Part shown: piece after piece, positions 12,490 through 24,617 of the stretch
Numbering within the stretch: position 1 is the first letter of the stretch
Layout: every line of letters begins with the position of its first letter
Assembly: GCA_024137785.1 (NCBI GenBank)
Contig: JAHRHZ010000082.1
Location: 13,013,873 to 13,077,872 of the forward strand
Direction of reading: 5' to 3'
DNA from: Ginglymostoma cirratum
Taxonomy: Eukaryota
Length of the DNA: 64,000 bases
Program-made: the position numbers and the translations under genes
The notes under the pieces: model-generated
Seen by the model: only the letters and a program-made list of their open reading frames with translations
The model's database searches: none
Told to the model about the DNA's origin: nothing

Positions 12490-13119
12490 TGTGATGATGT
12501 TGTCACTTTAAAAAGATTATTTTGTCCTGGGTTTTCTTGAGGAGAGGTTGTAAAGGCTATGGTAAATAAGTGGCTACTGGAGATGGATTAAGTCAATAAC
12601 TTAGAAGACCTTTAGGTCCTTTTTTTAAAAAGTTGTAACAATGGAAGGGGAGTGGCCAGTTCTCAAAGATCAGGCTTTCTAGTTTTTTCAGTTGTAGCAG
12701 TCGGAAGCTGTTTGGGACCCAGAAGAGTTGGAGCTTCAATAAATGATTCCTAGCTGCTACTTTCTCTGAAATCTCTCTTAATATTGTTTCCTCCTGAATT
12801 GAAGAACTGCACATAAGAATCTGTGTCTGAATTTATCTTTTGGCTAAGGGGTGTGTTTATGGGATGTTATTATATTGGAACAGTTAATTAGTAATCGGTA
12901 TTGTATCTATCATTCGGTTAAGTTAGGCTAACTTCCTCTTTCTTTCGTTTGTATTTGAACTATAGTGTTTAAATAGTGTTTTGTTTAACATTGAATAGTT
13001 TGACCAGTCACATCACATCTGGAACACACACTTCTTATCTACCTTTTAAAATAATAAGTAGTTCGGGTCTAGGCTACCTTCTTAAAATATTTTGAGAGGG
13101 TCTTGTCTGGTCCATAACA
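12490..13119. mobile_element. probable solo LTR
   Basis: ~630 bp bounded by TGTGATG...CATAACA (near-perfect terminal inverted repeat with TG/CA ends); no clean TSD. Confidence 0.6.
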
Positions 13120-13492
13120 TGGGTTTCTGCAAGAGAAATTCATCATGCCCACTGCTCTGCCTTTTCCCTATAACACTGCAGTGAAGAAATGCAAAAATCA
13201 CTAGACTAGTAATCCAGAGGACCAGGCTATTTCCTCAGGGACAGAGGTCAAATTCCAAAATTTGAATTCAATTAATATATTTGAAATATACAGCTGGTAT
13301 CAGTAATGGTGACCATGACATGTATAGTCTGGTTGACTAACATCCCTGTAGGCAATCTGCCAAACTTACCCAGGTCCGAGATTCCAAACACACAATAGTG
13401 GGTTGATATTTAACTACCCTCAGACCTAGCAAACCACTCTGGTGATGGGCATGTAGGGCAGCTTAAGGCACCCACACCCCTTCTAAATATTA

Positions 13493-14360
13493 AGACCATG
13501 AGATATAGAAGCAGAAAAAGGTTATTCGGCCCATCAAGTCTGCCCTGCCACTTGATCATGGCTGATATCTTTCTAAACTCCATTCTCCTGTCTTCTCCCT
13601 GTAACCTTGATCCCCTCACCAATCAAGAACCTATCTATCTCTGTCTTAAATATACTCAATGACTTGGGCTCCACAGCCCTCTGTGGCAATGAGTTCCACA
13701 GATTAACCACCCTCTTGCTGAAGAAATACCTGCACATCTCAGTTCTAAAGGGTTGTCCCTTCACTCTGAGGCTGTGCCTCGGGTCATAGTCTCTCCTACT
13801 AGTGGAAACATCTTGTTCATGTCAAATCTATCGAGGCCTATCAATACATTGTATGTTTCAATTAGATAACACCCCTCATCCTTCTAAACTCCACTGCATA
13901 CACACCCAGAGTCCTCAACCGCTCCTCTTATGACAAGCCCTTCATGCCTGAACTAATTCTTATAAACCTCCTTTGGACCTCCTCCAATGCCAGCAAATCC
14001 TTCCTTAGGTATGGGGCTCAAAACAATATTCCAAATGCATTCTGACCAGAGCATTACGCAGCCTCAGCAGTACATCCAGTCCTGTTGAAATGAATGCCAA
14101 CATTGCATTTGCCTTCTTAACACCAAGTGAATCTACATGTTAATCTGAAGAGAATCCTGAACTTGGACTCCCAGCACTCTTTGTGCTTCAGATTTCCAAA
14201 ACCTTTCCTTGTTTAGAAACTAGTCTACGCCTCTATTCTTCCTACCCAAGTGTAAAACTTTACACTTTTCCACATTGTAGTTCATCAATGCCCACTCACC
14301 TAGCACATCCAAGTCCTTCTGCAGTCTGTGCACCTCCTCGACGTTACTTGCCCCTCCACT
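13493..14360 (-). mobile_element. CR1-type LINE 3' fragment
   Basis: ORF 13573-13764: KGQPFRTEM.RYFFS.RVVNLWNSLPQ.AVE..SL.IFK.EIDRFL, typical CR1 ORF2 C-terminus. Confidence 0.88.
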
Positions 14361-14774
14361 TAGTGGCTAGTAATTCTGGTTGGAGGGAAGATAGTACAAT
14401 AGAGTCAAAGAAATTTTACAGCATGGAAAGAGGCCCTTCTGCCATTGTGTCTGCATCTATCTATTCTAGTCTCATTTTCCAGCTCTTGGCCCATAACTGT
14501 ATAACTTTGGGACTCCAAGTGCTCATCTAAATGTTGAAATGTCTTAAAGGTTCTGCCTCATTCTTTTAGGCATTGATTTCCAATCATCCACCATCCTGTA
14601 CGTGAAAAATATTTTTTTCAAAACACCCTGCTCCCTACTTCAGAACTGTACCCTGTGATATTGACCCCTCCACGAAGGGGAACAGTTTCTCCATTCCCTG
14701 AATCTCATAACTTTGTCCACCTCAAACAGACCTCCTCTTAGTCTCTTTGCTTTAAGGAAATCAACCTCGGCCTA

Positions 14775-16925
14775 CAGTTAACATCAAGTGTAACTTCTGA
14801 GTTGCAAGTTCTCAGGATTTCAAGAACATTACCGGATCATTGATTGGATATTGGATTATTGTTGGCTGAGCTGAGCTGCTATTGGTGGATCTTCGTGTGG
14901 CTTTGGCTTTACACCAATTCAGTGTCAAGCCAACTTGAGCTATGAACACTAAGTGCCTGTACTTCAGGTCAGGGTGTCTGGAACACTGTCAAGGTTCTGT
15001 GAAGAGGGTGAAGGAAGCTGTGCCAGTCAATCGGCCTTTTTTTGCAAAGAAGGTGCCCCCGCATTGCTGAAGGTTCCAAGTGGCAGGGCACTAGGGCGGG
15101 GACAGAGACAAAGAAAATTGCACACACCCCCAACTTGGAAATGCTGAAATTGCAAGGAGCCCAGTGAAAATCCACCTCCTAACTTGGAGAACCCACAAGG
15201 TACCCAGCACAGCACAGCACAGCCCATACGACGTGAATGGACAGTTTTGCTCGCCTCTCTCATGCCTTCTGAACACCTTTGAGTACGAAGAATCTCTTGA
15301 TGTTCCTCTTGACTCTCCCACTGGAGACTCAAAGAGGGGTTTTCATGGTTCCTTATCCTGCGTAAATCCCTTTTGAGCTCCCGAATGTATTCTGGGGTCA
15401 ACACTGGAGACACACCACATTTACACTGTGCATATTAATGCTGGCAATTTTGAAACCCAAATCAGATCATGTAAAGTGCTGGGAATTGGGTTCAGAGAGG
15501 TGTGTGCTAAAACGTGGGAGGAGTGTATTGCCAAGGCGAGGCAGAAACTGGGCAGATGGGAGATCCCCATTGCAGGTAAAAATCCGGTCATCAGGTGTGA
15601 GGCACTGTTGATAATGCTGTATGTGGCGCAGGTCCGGCCCATTCCCTGAGCGTGCGCCACTGCAGTCACCAAGCATCTTCCACCTCAAATGGAAGTCAAA
15701 GATGGATTGCATCCGCAGGGAGAAAACATACAAAGCTCTGGATAATGTGGGGGAGAGTTAAGAGGAAGTATTGATCGTCACCCTCATCCTGATGGCCACC
15801 TTTCTGTGCAGCTGTGCACAGACCCTCAGTATGCAAACACCAAGTGTCACTTACGTATATTGACGTTCTACCTGTTCCCAGTGTTGCGAAGGATGGGTCT
15901 GGCCTAACTGCCACAGAACAATCCAAGTAGTTGGATTGTTCCATTTCAAAGATCCTTGAGGAAAAATGTGCAAAGGGAAACACCTTTGACCACAAGTCCA
16001 CGAGGCAGTGGTCAGCATACAACGTCCACAAGACATCGCAGAAAAAGGACCGGGTTGATCATGTCAGCAGATTGTCAAAGTCATTGGCAGAATGCCTCTT
16101 TGCCAGAACTTTCCAAAGCATCAAGACATAGGCTCGGCTGGTGGTGAGAAGAACACTACCTGTCAGATCCATCATGCATACCTGGACACCCTATGCCACC
16201 ACATGCTGCCCTTGAAATGGCTGCAGGGGAGGAAAGAGACTGCCACATATCTCTTTTTGGAAAGTGCTTTTGCAAAAAAATTCTAGAGGGAGATGCAATG
16301 GTTTTTGTCAAGGTTTGTCCCAAGCAGCTGATACAGGAGATGCATGAAAAATGCTTTCTGGTCTGTTCAAAACTTGTTGGTCGATCTAGGTAAAAAGTTG
16401 ACCACGACCAAGTGTTGCACTGATACACTGCAAGGTCTGCTAAAGCTTGGGACAGCTGCCACCAATGCATAGTGGGGAAACACTACCGTCTCAGGTCTTT
16501 CTACCAAAGTATAACAAGGGTCTATTAAGCTGTCAGACACTGTCACTGCTTCAAATGAACGTAAATAGTTTCCCGCATGAATAGAAAATACATTTGTTTT
16601 GCAACTGCAGGGAAAATCTGAGGAATCAATAATGTGGAGCTGGAGGAACACAGCTGGTCAAGCAACCTCAGAGGAGCAGGTTGTAAACCCAAAACATCCA
16701 TATTCCTGCTCCTCTGATTCTGCCTGACCTGCTGTGTTCCTCCAGCTCCACACTGTATTGACTCTGATTCCAGCATCTGCAGTTCTTGTCATGTCTGAAT
16801 GTCCAAGGAATGTCAAATTCTAATTTGTCGTTTGGCTTTTTTTCCTCTGCAAAGACTGTTTCAGGACCTTTGTATGTAATTATAGTTTCTTTTCACGAAT
16901 AAAGTATATTTTTGCAAAAAAAAAT
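14775..16925 (+). mobile_element. Tx1/L1-clade LINE, rearranged (5' end + inverted ORF2 pieces + 3' ORF2 + polyA)
   Basis: ORF1-like GQGV.NTVKV.VK..PV.R.FF.KKV (~14965-15085,+); ORF2 pieces on - strand (FKIASIN, LTPE.I.ELKR..., 15250-15460); RT C-term KTWEE.IAKARQKLGRW...GKN.VIRCEAL (+); aataaa and polyA 16899-16924; possible TSD ccta 14771-14774/16926-16929 within a CR1 tail. Confidence 0.78.
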
Positions 16926-17154
16926 CCTATGTAGTCTCAATTCATAGCTGAAACACTCCAACCTAAGCAACTTCAAATAATTTTAATGTAATGGATACAC
17001 ATGGAAGCAAAAAAAACTGAACATCCTGGTGAATCTTCCTCCTTCCTATAGTGAGGCTACCAGAACAGCTCACAGTATATACTCCCGCGAGTAGGGGGTT
17101 TAAACCTCATTGCCCCCTCACAACGTGAAGGTCAAACGGGGAAACAACACTCAC

Positions 17155-17202
17155 CACGCCCAGCACCTTCCAACAGGGGCACAACCGGCACAGTGCATTC
17201 AT
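17155..17202 (-). CDS. OXLD1: OXLD1 coding exon 1
   Basis: ATG at 17202, MNALCRLCPCWKVLGV, GTGAGT donor at 17154-17149, phase 0 matching exon 2; upstream in-frame stop; lies in the CpG-rich region; intron ~13.6 kb. Confidence 0.78.
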
Positions 17203-17485
17203 GGACCCAAGCTGAGAGACCAGCTCCTCCCACAGCTCCAACTAGCACCACTGCTGCGACTGAAAACAGGCAGCAGCGCCTGGCTCAACCTCAGGCCTAG
17301 GCCTAGCAACCCACTGCCTAGCAACGGAACCCCGCCCATCCGAGCCTGATTGACAGCGGCGCTCGGCCGATCGACTTGACCCACTGCGGTCACGTGCCCT
17401 ACGACCGACCAATCGGAAGGCAGGTGAAAGGTCGCGGTGGCGGCATGGGCCCTGTGTGCGAGTGTGAGGAGGGAGTTGCTGAGTG
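17203..17485. promoter_or_regulatory. bidirectional GC/CpG-rich promoter of OXLD1 and CCDC137
   Basis: Between divergent ATGs 17202/17486; CCTAGCAAC x2 (17302-17310, 17317-17325), GC box 17332-17337, E-box CACGTG 17391-17396, CCAAT 17409-17413, CGGAAG 17414-17419. Confidence 0.8.
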
Positions 17486-17583
17486 ATGGGGAAGTGTCCG
17501 AAAGGGAAAGATGTTGGTCGGAGAGATTCAGATCACAAGATGGAGCAGCGGGAGAGATCCGGGAAGAGGAACAGGAGGACGGG
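17486..17583 (+). CDS. CCDC137: CCDC137 coding exon 1
   Basis: ATG GGG AAG... MGKCPKGKDVGRRDSDHKMEQRERSGKRNRRTG; donor GTGAGC at 17584, phase 2 fits exon 2. Confidence 0.8.
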
Positions 17584-17828
17584 GTGAGCGAGGGAGCCCT
17601 AGTTCACGGGAGAGAGAAAGACAGAGACACGCGTTGTCCATCCTCAGGGAGTCTGACGCCGGGAGTACGCAGTCCCGCTGGTGCCCTGATTAGTATTTAC
17701 TCCTCAGTCAAACGCTTAATACTTTGCTGAGCACAGCATTTAAAAAAGATAATTCGATGAGCACTTGAAGTGTGATAACATTCAAGGTTTTTGGGCCAGT
17801 GGTGGAAAGCGGGAATTAGTGTAGATTT

Positions 17829-18790
17829 CGAGATAACACAATGTGGAGCTGGATGAATACAGCAGGCCAGGCAGCATCAGAGGAGCAGGAAAGCTTGACG
17901 TTTCGGGCCTAGACCCTTCATCCAGCTCCACACCTTGTTATCTCGGATTCTCCAGCATCTACAGTACCTATTTTATCTATAAGCTGATGTTTCGGGTCAG
18001 GACTCTTCTTCAGAAATGGGGAGGGGGAAGGGAGCTTAAATAAATACAGAGGAGGGATGGGGCTGGGGAAGTTAGGTGGGTTGGTGATAGGTGAGTGCAG
18101 GTAGGGAATGGTGGGGATTGGTCAATGAGGGGTGGATAGGTGGGAAAGAGGATGGACAAGTTGTATCAGGTCAAGGAGGTGGGAATGAGGGGAAGGGTTG
18201 GTCATGGAATGAGACCGGAGTTGGGGAAGATTTTAAGACTAGTGAATTCCACGTTTAGGCCATTGGGCTGTATTTTCCTGAAGCGGAACATGAGGTGCTG
18301 CTGCTCCAGTTTCCGGATGTGTCATTGTGACACAGGAGGAGGCCCAGAATGGACATGTCACCCAGGAAGTGGGAGGAGGAGTTAAAATAGTTTGTGACCA
18401 GAAGGTGTTGTCGTTTGTCGCGTACTGAGCGCACATGCTCTACAAAACGGTCTCCGAGTCTCTGCATGGTCTCACCGATGTAGAGAAGGCCACATCGGGA
18501 GCAGCGGATGCAGTAGTTAACGGTTGTGCAGGTGAACCCTTGTCTAATGTGGATGGTTTGTTTTGTGCCTTGAATGGAAGTGAGAGGGTGGTGTAGAGGC
18601 AGGTGTCGCACTTCCTGCGGTTGCAGGGAAAGGTGCCAGGGGTGGTAGGGTTAGTAGGGAGTGTGGAGCGGACGAGGGAGTTGCGGAGAGAGTGGTCCCT
18701 GTGAAAGGCAGATGGGGCGGGGAGGGAAATATATCTTTGGTTGCGGGGTCGGATTGTAGGTGGCGGAAGTGGCAGAGAATGATACGTTGG
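17829..18790 (-). mobile_element. Penelope-like GIY-YIG endonuclease fragment plus pLTR, with a small hairpin pLTR element at 17829-17978
   Basis: ORF 18255-18611: YCIRCSRCGLLYIGETMQRLGDRFVEH...; pLTR sequences at the left end. Confidence 0.88.
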
Positions 18791-20058
18791 AGGTGGCAGA
18801 AGTGTTATCTCCTCATGTAGATTTTGTGTATTTTCGTCGGTACAGATTTGATGGGCCTTTTCCATATTGTATGATTCTGTGCTTGTTGGGATCTTGTTAT
18901 TTCCAAATGGCTTCTCACGTTTGTCTACATTACAGCAATGAGTCCACCACGTTTGACTGCAAAATATTTTAGAATGTCCTGAATTCACAGATATGATTAC
19001 AAGGCTTAAACAAAACTTTGTAACGTTCTCTACTGGGATTTCAGGCTAGTTAACTCTACAGAATGTACCCTGGTGCCTTAACCCACTCGGCTATTAGTCA
19101 GGGAGTTAGGGGAGTTCTTATGGTTTAATTTATTAAGGTTTGGAATTTGAATTCAATAAATATCTGGAATTAACAATTTAGTGATGACCGTAAATCCGTT
19201 GTTGATTGTCGGAAAAACCCATCTGGTTCAGTAATGTCCTTTAGGGAAGGAAACTGCCATCCTTACCTGGTCTGGCCTACATGTGACTCCAGACCCACAG
19301 CAACGTGGTTGACTCTGAACTGCCTGCTGGACAGTTAGGGATGGGCAATAAATGCTGCCTCACAGTGACACCCTCATCCTTTGAATGAATAAAGAAAAAA
19401 TGTCCTGTAATCAATCAGTTCTGAGCGCCATGAAGTTTGATCCCTCAAATCGAGTAATTTTTATTCACATTGCGGGAGGTCACAGATTCAAGTTGTTGAC
19501 AGAATTTGGAGGACAGAGGGAGTGACGAGAGAGAAACATACTGGCAATTCTGAATGACTTTGACTTTGTTTTTAACTCTGCCCACCACTACGTTTAGGAA
19601 TAAGAGTAGACCATTGAGCCTGCACTGCTATTTAATGTAATCGTGACTGATGAAACACTTTTAAATTCTACAGATTCACAACCCTCTCAGTGAAAACTAT
19701 TCTGATTAACATGGTCCAATGTAACATCCTGCTTATTTTTAAATTGTGCCTTCTGGTTCTAAACTCTCTAACCAAGGGAAGCATCTGCATCTACTCCTTC
19801 TATTCCTTGAGTTTTTTTGTAGGTTTCAATGAGATCACCTCTCGTTCTTCAAAATTCTTGAAAATAGAGGCCCCTTTTCATAGCACAGTACTGCCTTCAT
19901 GATGACAAATCTGGTGAACTTTGTTACAGTCTGTCTATGGCAAAGATATCCTTCCTCAAAACTGCATGCTATACTTCAGGTATAGTCTAATGAAGCTCCT
20001 TTACAGTTGAAGCAGGATGTCTAGACTCCTGCAATAAAGGCTAACATTCCAGGAGTCT

Positions 20059-20187
20059 GTTCTGATGAAGGGTCACCGGACCCGAAACGTTAATTCTGTT
20101 TTCATAGATGCTGCCAGACCTGCTGAGCTTTTCCAGCAACTTTGTTTTTGTTCCTGATTTACAGCATCTGCAGTTCTTTTGGTTTTT
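20059..20187 (+). mobile_element. 129-bp hammerhead-headed mini-element (second PLE pLTR family)
   Basis: 13-bp TSD attccaggagtct at 20046-20058 and 20188-20200; begins 3 nt before CTGATGA. Confidence 0.85.
20062..20091 (+). ncRNA. minimal type I hammerhead ribozyme motif
   Basis: CUGAUGA-A-GGGUC(ACCG)GACCC-GAAA-CGUU: full core, 5-bp stem II, palindromic loop-less stem III. Confidence 0.72.
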
Positions 20188-21182
20188 ATTCCAGGAGTCT
20201 TAATTAGTTGCTGCACCTGTATGTTAATCTTCGATGACTTATTGACAAGGACACCTAGATCCCTTTGTCTATCTATAACTTGCAACCTCTTACCATTTGA
20301 GTAGTACTTTGCACGTCTGTTCCTCCTACTAAAGTGGATAACCTCATACTTTTCCACATTATAGTCTGATGTATTCTTGCCCACTCACTAAACCTATTCA
20401 AGTCCTGAAGCCGCTTTACATCTTCCTCCCTACACACATTTTCGCTTAGCATTGTATTGTCTACAACTTTGGAAATATTACATTTAGTCTGCATCTCCAA
20501 ATCGGTGACATATGTTGTAATCAGGTAAGGTCTTGCAGTATCCCATTAATCACAGTCTGCCAGAGCGAAGATGATCCATTTATTTCTGCCTGTTAGCCAA
20601 TCCTAATCCGTACCGGTGCATTACCTCCTATACCATATACTTTTAATTTTGCTAACCAACCTGTTATGAGGACTTTATCAAAAAGCCTTCTGAAAATATA
20701 AGTATATTACAACCATTGACTCCTCCTTATCAATTTTGTGAGTAACACCCTGCAAAAACTGAAACATGTTCGTCAAGCACATTTGTAGGTCCATGCTGAC
20801 TTTGCCCTAATTAGATAATTATTATCTAAGTGCTCATTTATCACATCCTTTATAAAAGATCTAGCATATTTCCCTTATTACAGATCTAAGGCTACCAGGT
20901 CTGTAGTTCCTGTTTTCTCTCCTGCTCATTCCTTAAATAATTTATGGATAAATACTCAGTTTGGGAGCAAGGCAAAATAAAGCAGGTGCCTATAAAATGT
21001 AGAGTGAATTAATCAATATTTTTATCATATTGTAGTTTTCCGAAGGAACATTTGGAAATTGGGTAGAACATTATTTTCACGATACTTCTGTATTTGGCAG
21101 TCTTATTGTGTGGTAAAATAATTATTTAAGATGTAGAGAATCTTAAAGAATATTTGACAATAATGCACTTATAACTTCATAG

Positions 21183-21310
21183 TGAACCGAAGAAAAGCGA
21201 CATGAAGCCCAAAAATATTGATGAACAGGAAATTCCATACAAAGTTCGTGAGATAATGAGGTCCCGGGAGAAAATGATGAAGCAGCTGAATAAAAAGAAG
21301 AGAAAGACTG
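21183..21310 (+). CDS. CCDC137: CCDC137 coding exon 2
   Basis: AG 21181-21182, GT 21311; KPKNIDEQEIPYKVREIMRSREKM resembles human KPKNQDEQEIPFRLREIMRSRQEM. Confidence 0.93.
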
Positions 21311-22869
21311 GTAAAGTAGTCAGTCTGACATTGTTCCTTTAGAAGTTACTGCTCATATGATAATAGTTGTCCTAAAACTGGGTTACAGCATTAGTATAGA
21401 ACCTGTTGAGATTTGATGCAGTGCATTCTGTTTATTCAGGCATAGAATGTTTCGGCGAAAATGACAAATCCCACCCATCGAACTTAAAGCAAATAGAGCT
21501 TGATGCTGTGTCAGGGTAAACAACCTACTGAATCTTTTTCTGGTTTCTTTTATCCATTTCAAAGGGTGGAGAGGTGAACATGCAGTCAGTCAATGATCAA
21601 TTTGAGGATGAAATTATATCCAGAAAAGATAACTTTTATAGTAAGAAACTAAGCAAAGTTTACAAGGGAGAGGGCCCTTTATCTACAATCCAGATGGATT
21701 TGAACTATTGGGGAGGGTTGCTGCAGCAGTTTGCTCTGTACACTTTTGATCAATATTTTTATTGTAATATATTTCATTTAACTAGGAAATAAAGTAACTC
21801 AAAGATCTTGGCTCATTCAATCAAAGTGGGCACATTTATTTGTGTTTGTACTCTGGATTTATTTCTGTTGTGAGTGGAAATATGGCTTGATTGTATTTCA
21901 GTTAAAACAAAAGCATTTATGTTTATTTTGTTTTCTCATAAAACCAGGACTAAAGTCTGAAAATCATGAAGGCCGATTTCTGATTTATGTTAGCCACCTG
22001 CTTCTGACCTCTCCAGGCATAGCTGATTCCACAGCTGATAGCTGTTTATAGCATACAAAACGGAATTCTACTAATTTTTCTCCCACAAATGCTTGCGTTG
22101 TGTATAATTGATAAACCTCTGGGTGTGGGAGCAAAGGAAATTCTGTATGCAGTGTTTTTTTTTTTAATAACGTGAACCATGAAGTAACATACTATAACAA
22201 GGTTAGTGTTGAAGTTCTAAATTTTCCTTCTGACTTCATATTGTGATGCACCCATGGAATCAGCATGTCAGCTGAGCTGTTTAAAGGCTGCAAATTATGT
22301 TTAATTATAGTTATTTAACTATAGATGTGCTTCTTGGCATTTGGAAGTTTTCCAGTTGTAAGATTTTTCTTTTGTCCTAGCTTTTGCTCATATAGTTCAT
22401 GAGTGCCAGTAATCCTCTGCACCTTTCCTCAAGCAGCCATTCTTCATGGGTGAGACATACAGAAAACCTCCTCAAGCTCTCAGCATCTCCTTTTGCTTGA
22501 CCTAGGAGATGATTTGAAATTGACTGCACATCAATGAAGTATATGACTGCATCAAGTTTAGGTGGGCTGACATGATGGATCAGAGGTTCTTCCCTGTCAG
22601 TTTTTTGTTTGTATGGTTGATGTTACAGCCATGTTTCAAGTGCTTTGTGTGCTTGTGAGTAAGAATCCTTTCTGGGAACTCTGACTGAAAGTTTTTAACC
22701 AAGGATTGTTATTTAGTTACTGTTGCATTTCCTAGGTCTCTTTCTGCATTGGCTGCCATTGAACCAAGATAACCCATTCTTATGAGAAAAAACACACACA
22801 CAACTTTCAAGGTGGATAGTTTTAGGAATGTAAAAATAACACTGAATTAATTTTTGTTTCAATATGAAG

Positions 22870-23104
22870 AAAAACCAAAAAGAAAACCTACATCAATGGC
22901 CAAAGATCTACATGGAGACATACCAGTTCCAAAGTTTAAGAGGCGGAAGCGAGAGTCTGAGAGAGCCTACATTCAGCGCATGGAGGAGGAAACACGGCAC
23001 GTCATGTTCATGACCAAAAATCAAGTGACCCGTTGTCCTGAGTTGGAGACTGAGAAAGAAGAAAAGGCAAGCAGTGTGAAATCAAAGTCTGAGAAAAAGA
23101 AAGA
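22870..23104 (+). CDS. CCDC137: CCDC137 coding exon 3
   Basis: Phase 1 to 2; DIPVPKFKRRKRESERAYIQRMEEETRHVMFMTKNQ; donor GTATGT at 23105. Confidence 0.92.
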
Positions 23105-24138
23105 GTATGTTCCATTATCTGTGTATTTATGGTACTATATCTTATGGGGAACATGACATTGTTGATAGATAACTAAATTACAATATTTTTCCCCTTTGAA
23201 TGTAGCAGTGTGGAAGGAAAGGAAATCTATCTTTGGGAACGGAATCTAATAAGGTCACTGAGAAATATATAGATATCGCAGTTAGACTGTACTTCTGTGT
23301 TGTTTGCCCATAGATCACAGCTCTTAACACTAAAATCTGTTTACTTTGGAGAAGCAACCTGAAATTGCATCTGTATGGTAACATTTCCTTTATTCAATCC
23401 TTTGCATTAAGTAAGCTTAAAAAAGGCCCTGGTAAGTATAAATTTGTTCTGCGCCTATCAAACTGAGAGACTCACAACATCATAATTGCAAACCACTCTC
23501 AATAACAGTGCTAAAGCATTGGTTACAGCCAACATTGTCCAAATATTAATGGATAGAAGCTGGTCTTTCTTCGTCCTTCATCTCAATCCCATCATCAGCT
23601 GGAGGGATCTTCTAGACAACTTCAATAATCATCCCAGTAGCCATTGCTTAGCATCATGATCCTTATCCATGTCGCCTGCTTAATACAGTGGGTTTCACCA
23701 GCTGTACACATAAGCCCCTTCAAAGTGGAAAAAGCCGCAGACATGCAAAAAATAATGCTACAGCAATATAAATAGTGACTACTTGTTGATATTGCTCATC
23801 ATTAAGAATTCCAGCTGACATTCCATTCATCTGCACAAGCTTAACATCTAAGTCCTGTGAGTGAAAGAAACACATGATTAACTTTCTGCATACATTGTGA
23901 CCCCTGTCCTGGTAATCTTTGCAGGATACAGTGATGCAGACGTTTGATCTCTAGTAGTTTGTGAACACGAAGCCAGAACACGTCATTTCTTTGTATGAAA
24001 AGAAAACTAGTGAATGTAGTAACAGGAGATAATTTTGTAGACCAACACTGTGGAAGCAAGTGATTAAAGATGTTTTTAAAATCCTTTTATTCCGGGAAGT
24101 TGTGTATTTGTTAATTCATTCTGATTTCAATCAAATAG

Positions 24139-24221
24139 GTTTGACAAGAAACGTCTGGCAAAGTTTATTAAAAAGAAAGCTGAAAGAAAGAACATGAAAT
24201 TGGAGAAAGAAATGTTTACAG
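24139..24221 (+). CDS. CCDC137: CCDC137 coding exon 4
   Basis: Phase 2 to 1; FDKKRLAKFIKKKAERKNMKLEKEMFT; canonical AG/GTATGT. Confidence 0.92.
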
Positions 24222-24589
24222 GTATGTGATGAGCAAGAAATCTGGTAGCACGGTATCTCTGTGTTCAGTATTCTGGCAGGTTACTGCTTATGAGAACTAT
24301 TCCATTAATGCTGTCTACCAAATGCATGATGTGACTAAAAAGAAAAGTGTCTTCACTCCCAAGAAGAGTAAGCGTGGGACAGATACTGCAGAAAGTTAAG
24401 ATCATGGTTTGTTGGGAAATCCTTAGGGAGTTAACGTAGTTCTTACAGTGAGTGTCACTGAGAAGAGTGGACAAGATGAAGACTCTGTCAGAGATAAAAG
24501 GTACTGCAGATGCTGGAGAATCCGAGATAACAAGCATGGGGCTGGATGAACACAGCAGGTCAGGCAGCATCATAAGAGCAGGAAAACTT

Positions 24590-24617
24590 GACGTTTCGGG
24601 CCTAAACCCTTCATCAG
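24590..24617 (-). ncRNA. minimal type I hammerhead ribozyme motif in the 3' pLTR
   Basis: Reverse complement CUGAUGA-A-GGGU(UUAG)GCCC-GAAA-CGUC. Confidence 0.75.

Larger units (their letters stand above)
19595..20940 (-). mobile_element. CR1-type LINE remnant in CCDC137 intron 1
   Basis: YNVEK.EVIHF, QRDLGVLV, FQKAFDKVPH-like motifs on the - strand. Confidence 0.8.

Noticed and set aside
17199-17730. ORFs 17199-17393 (-), 17437-17730 (+) and 17511-17693 (+)
   Set aside because: Alternative frames over the GC-rich promoter and first exons; they do not splice in phase to the downstream exons
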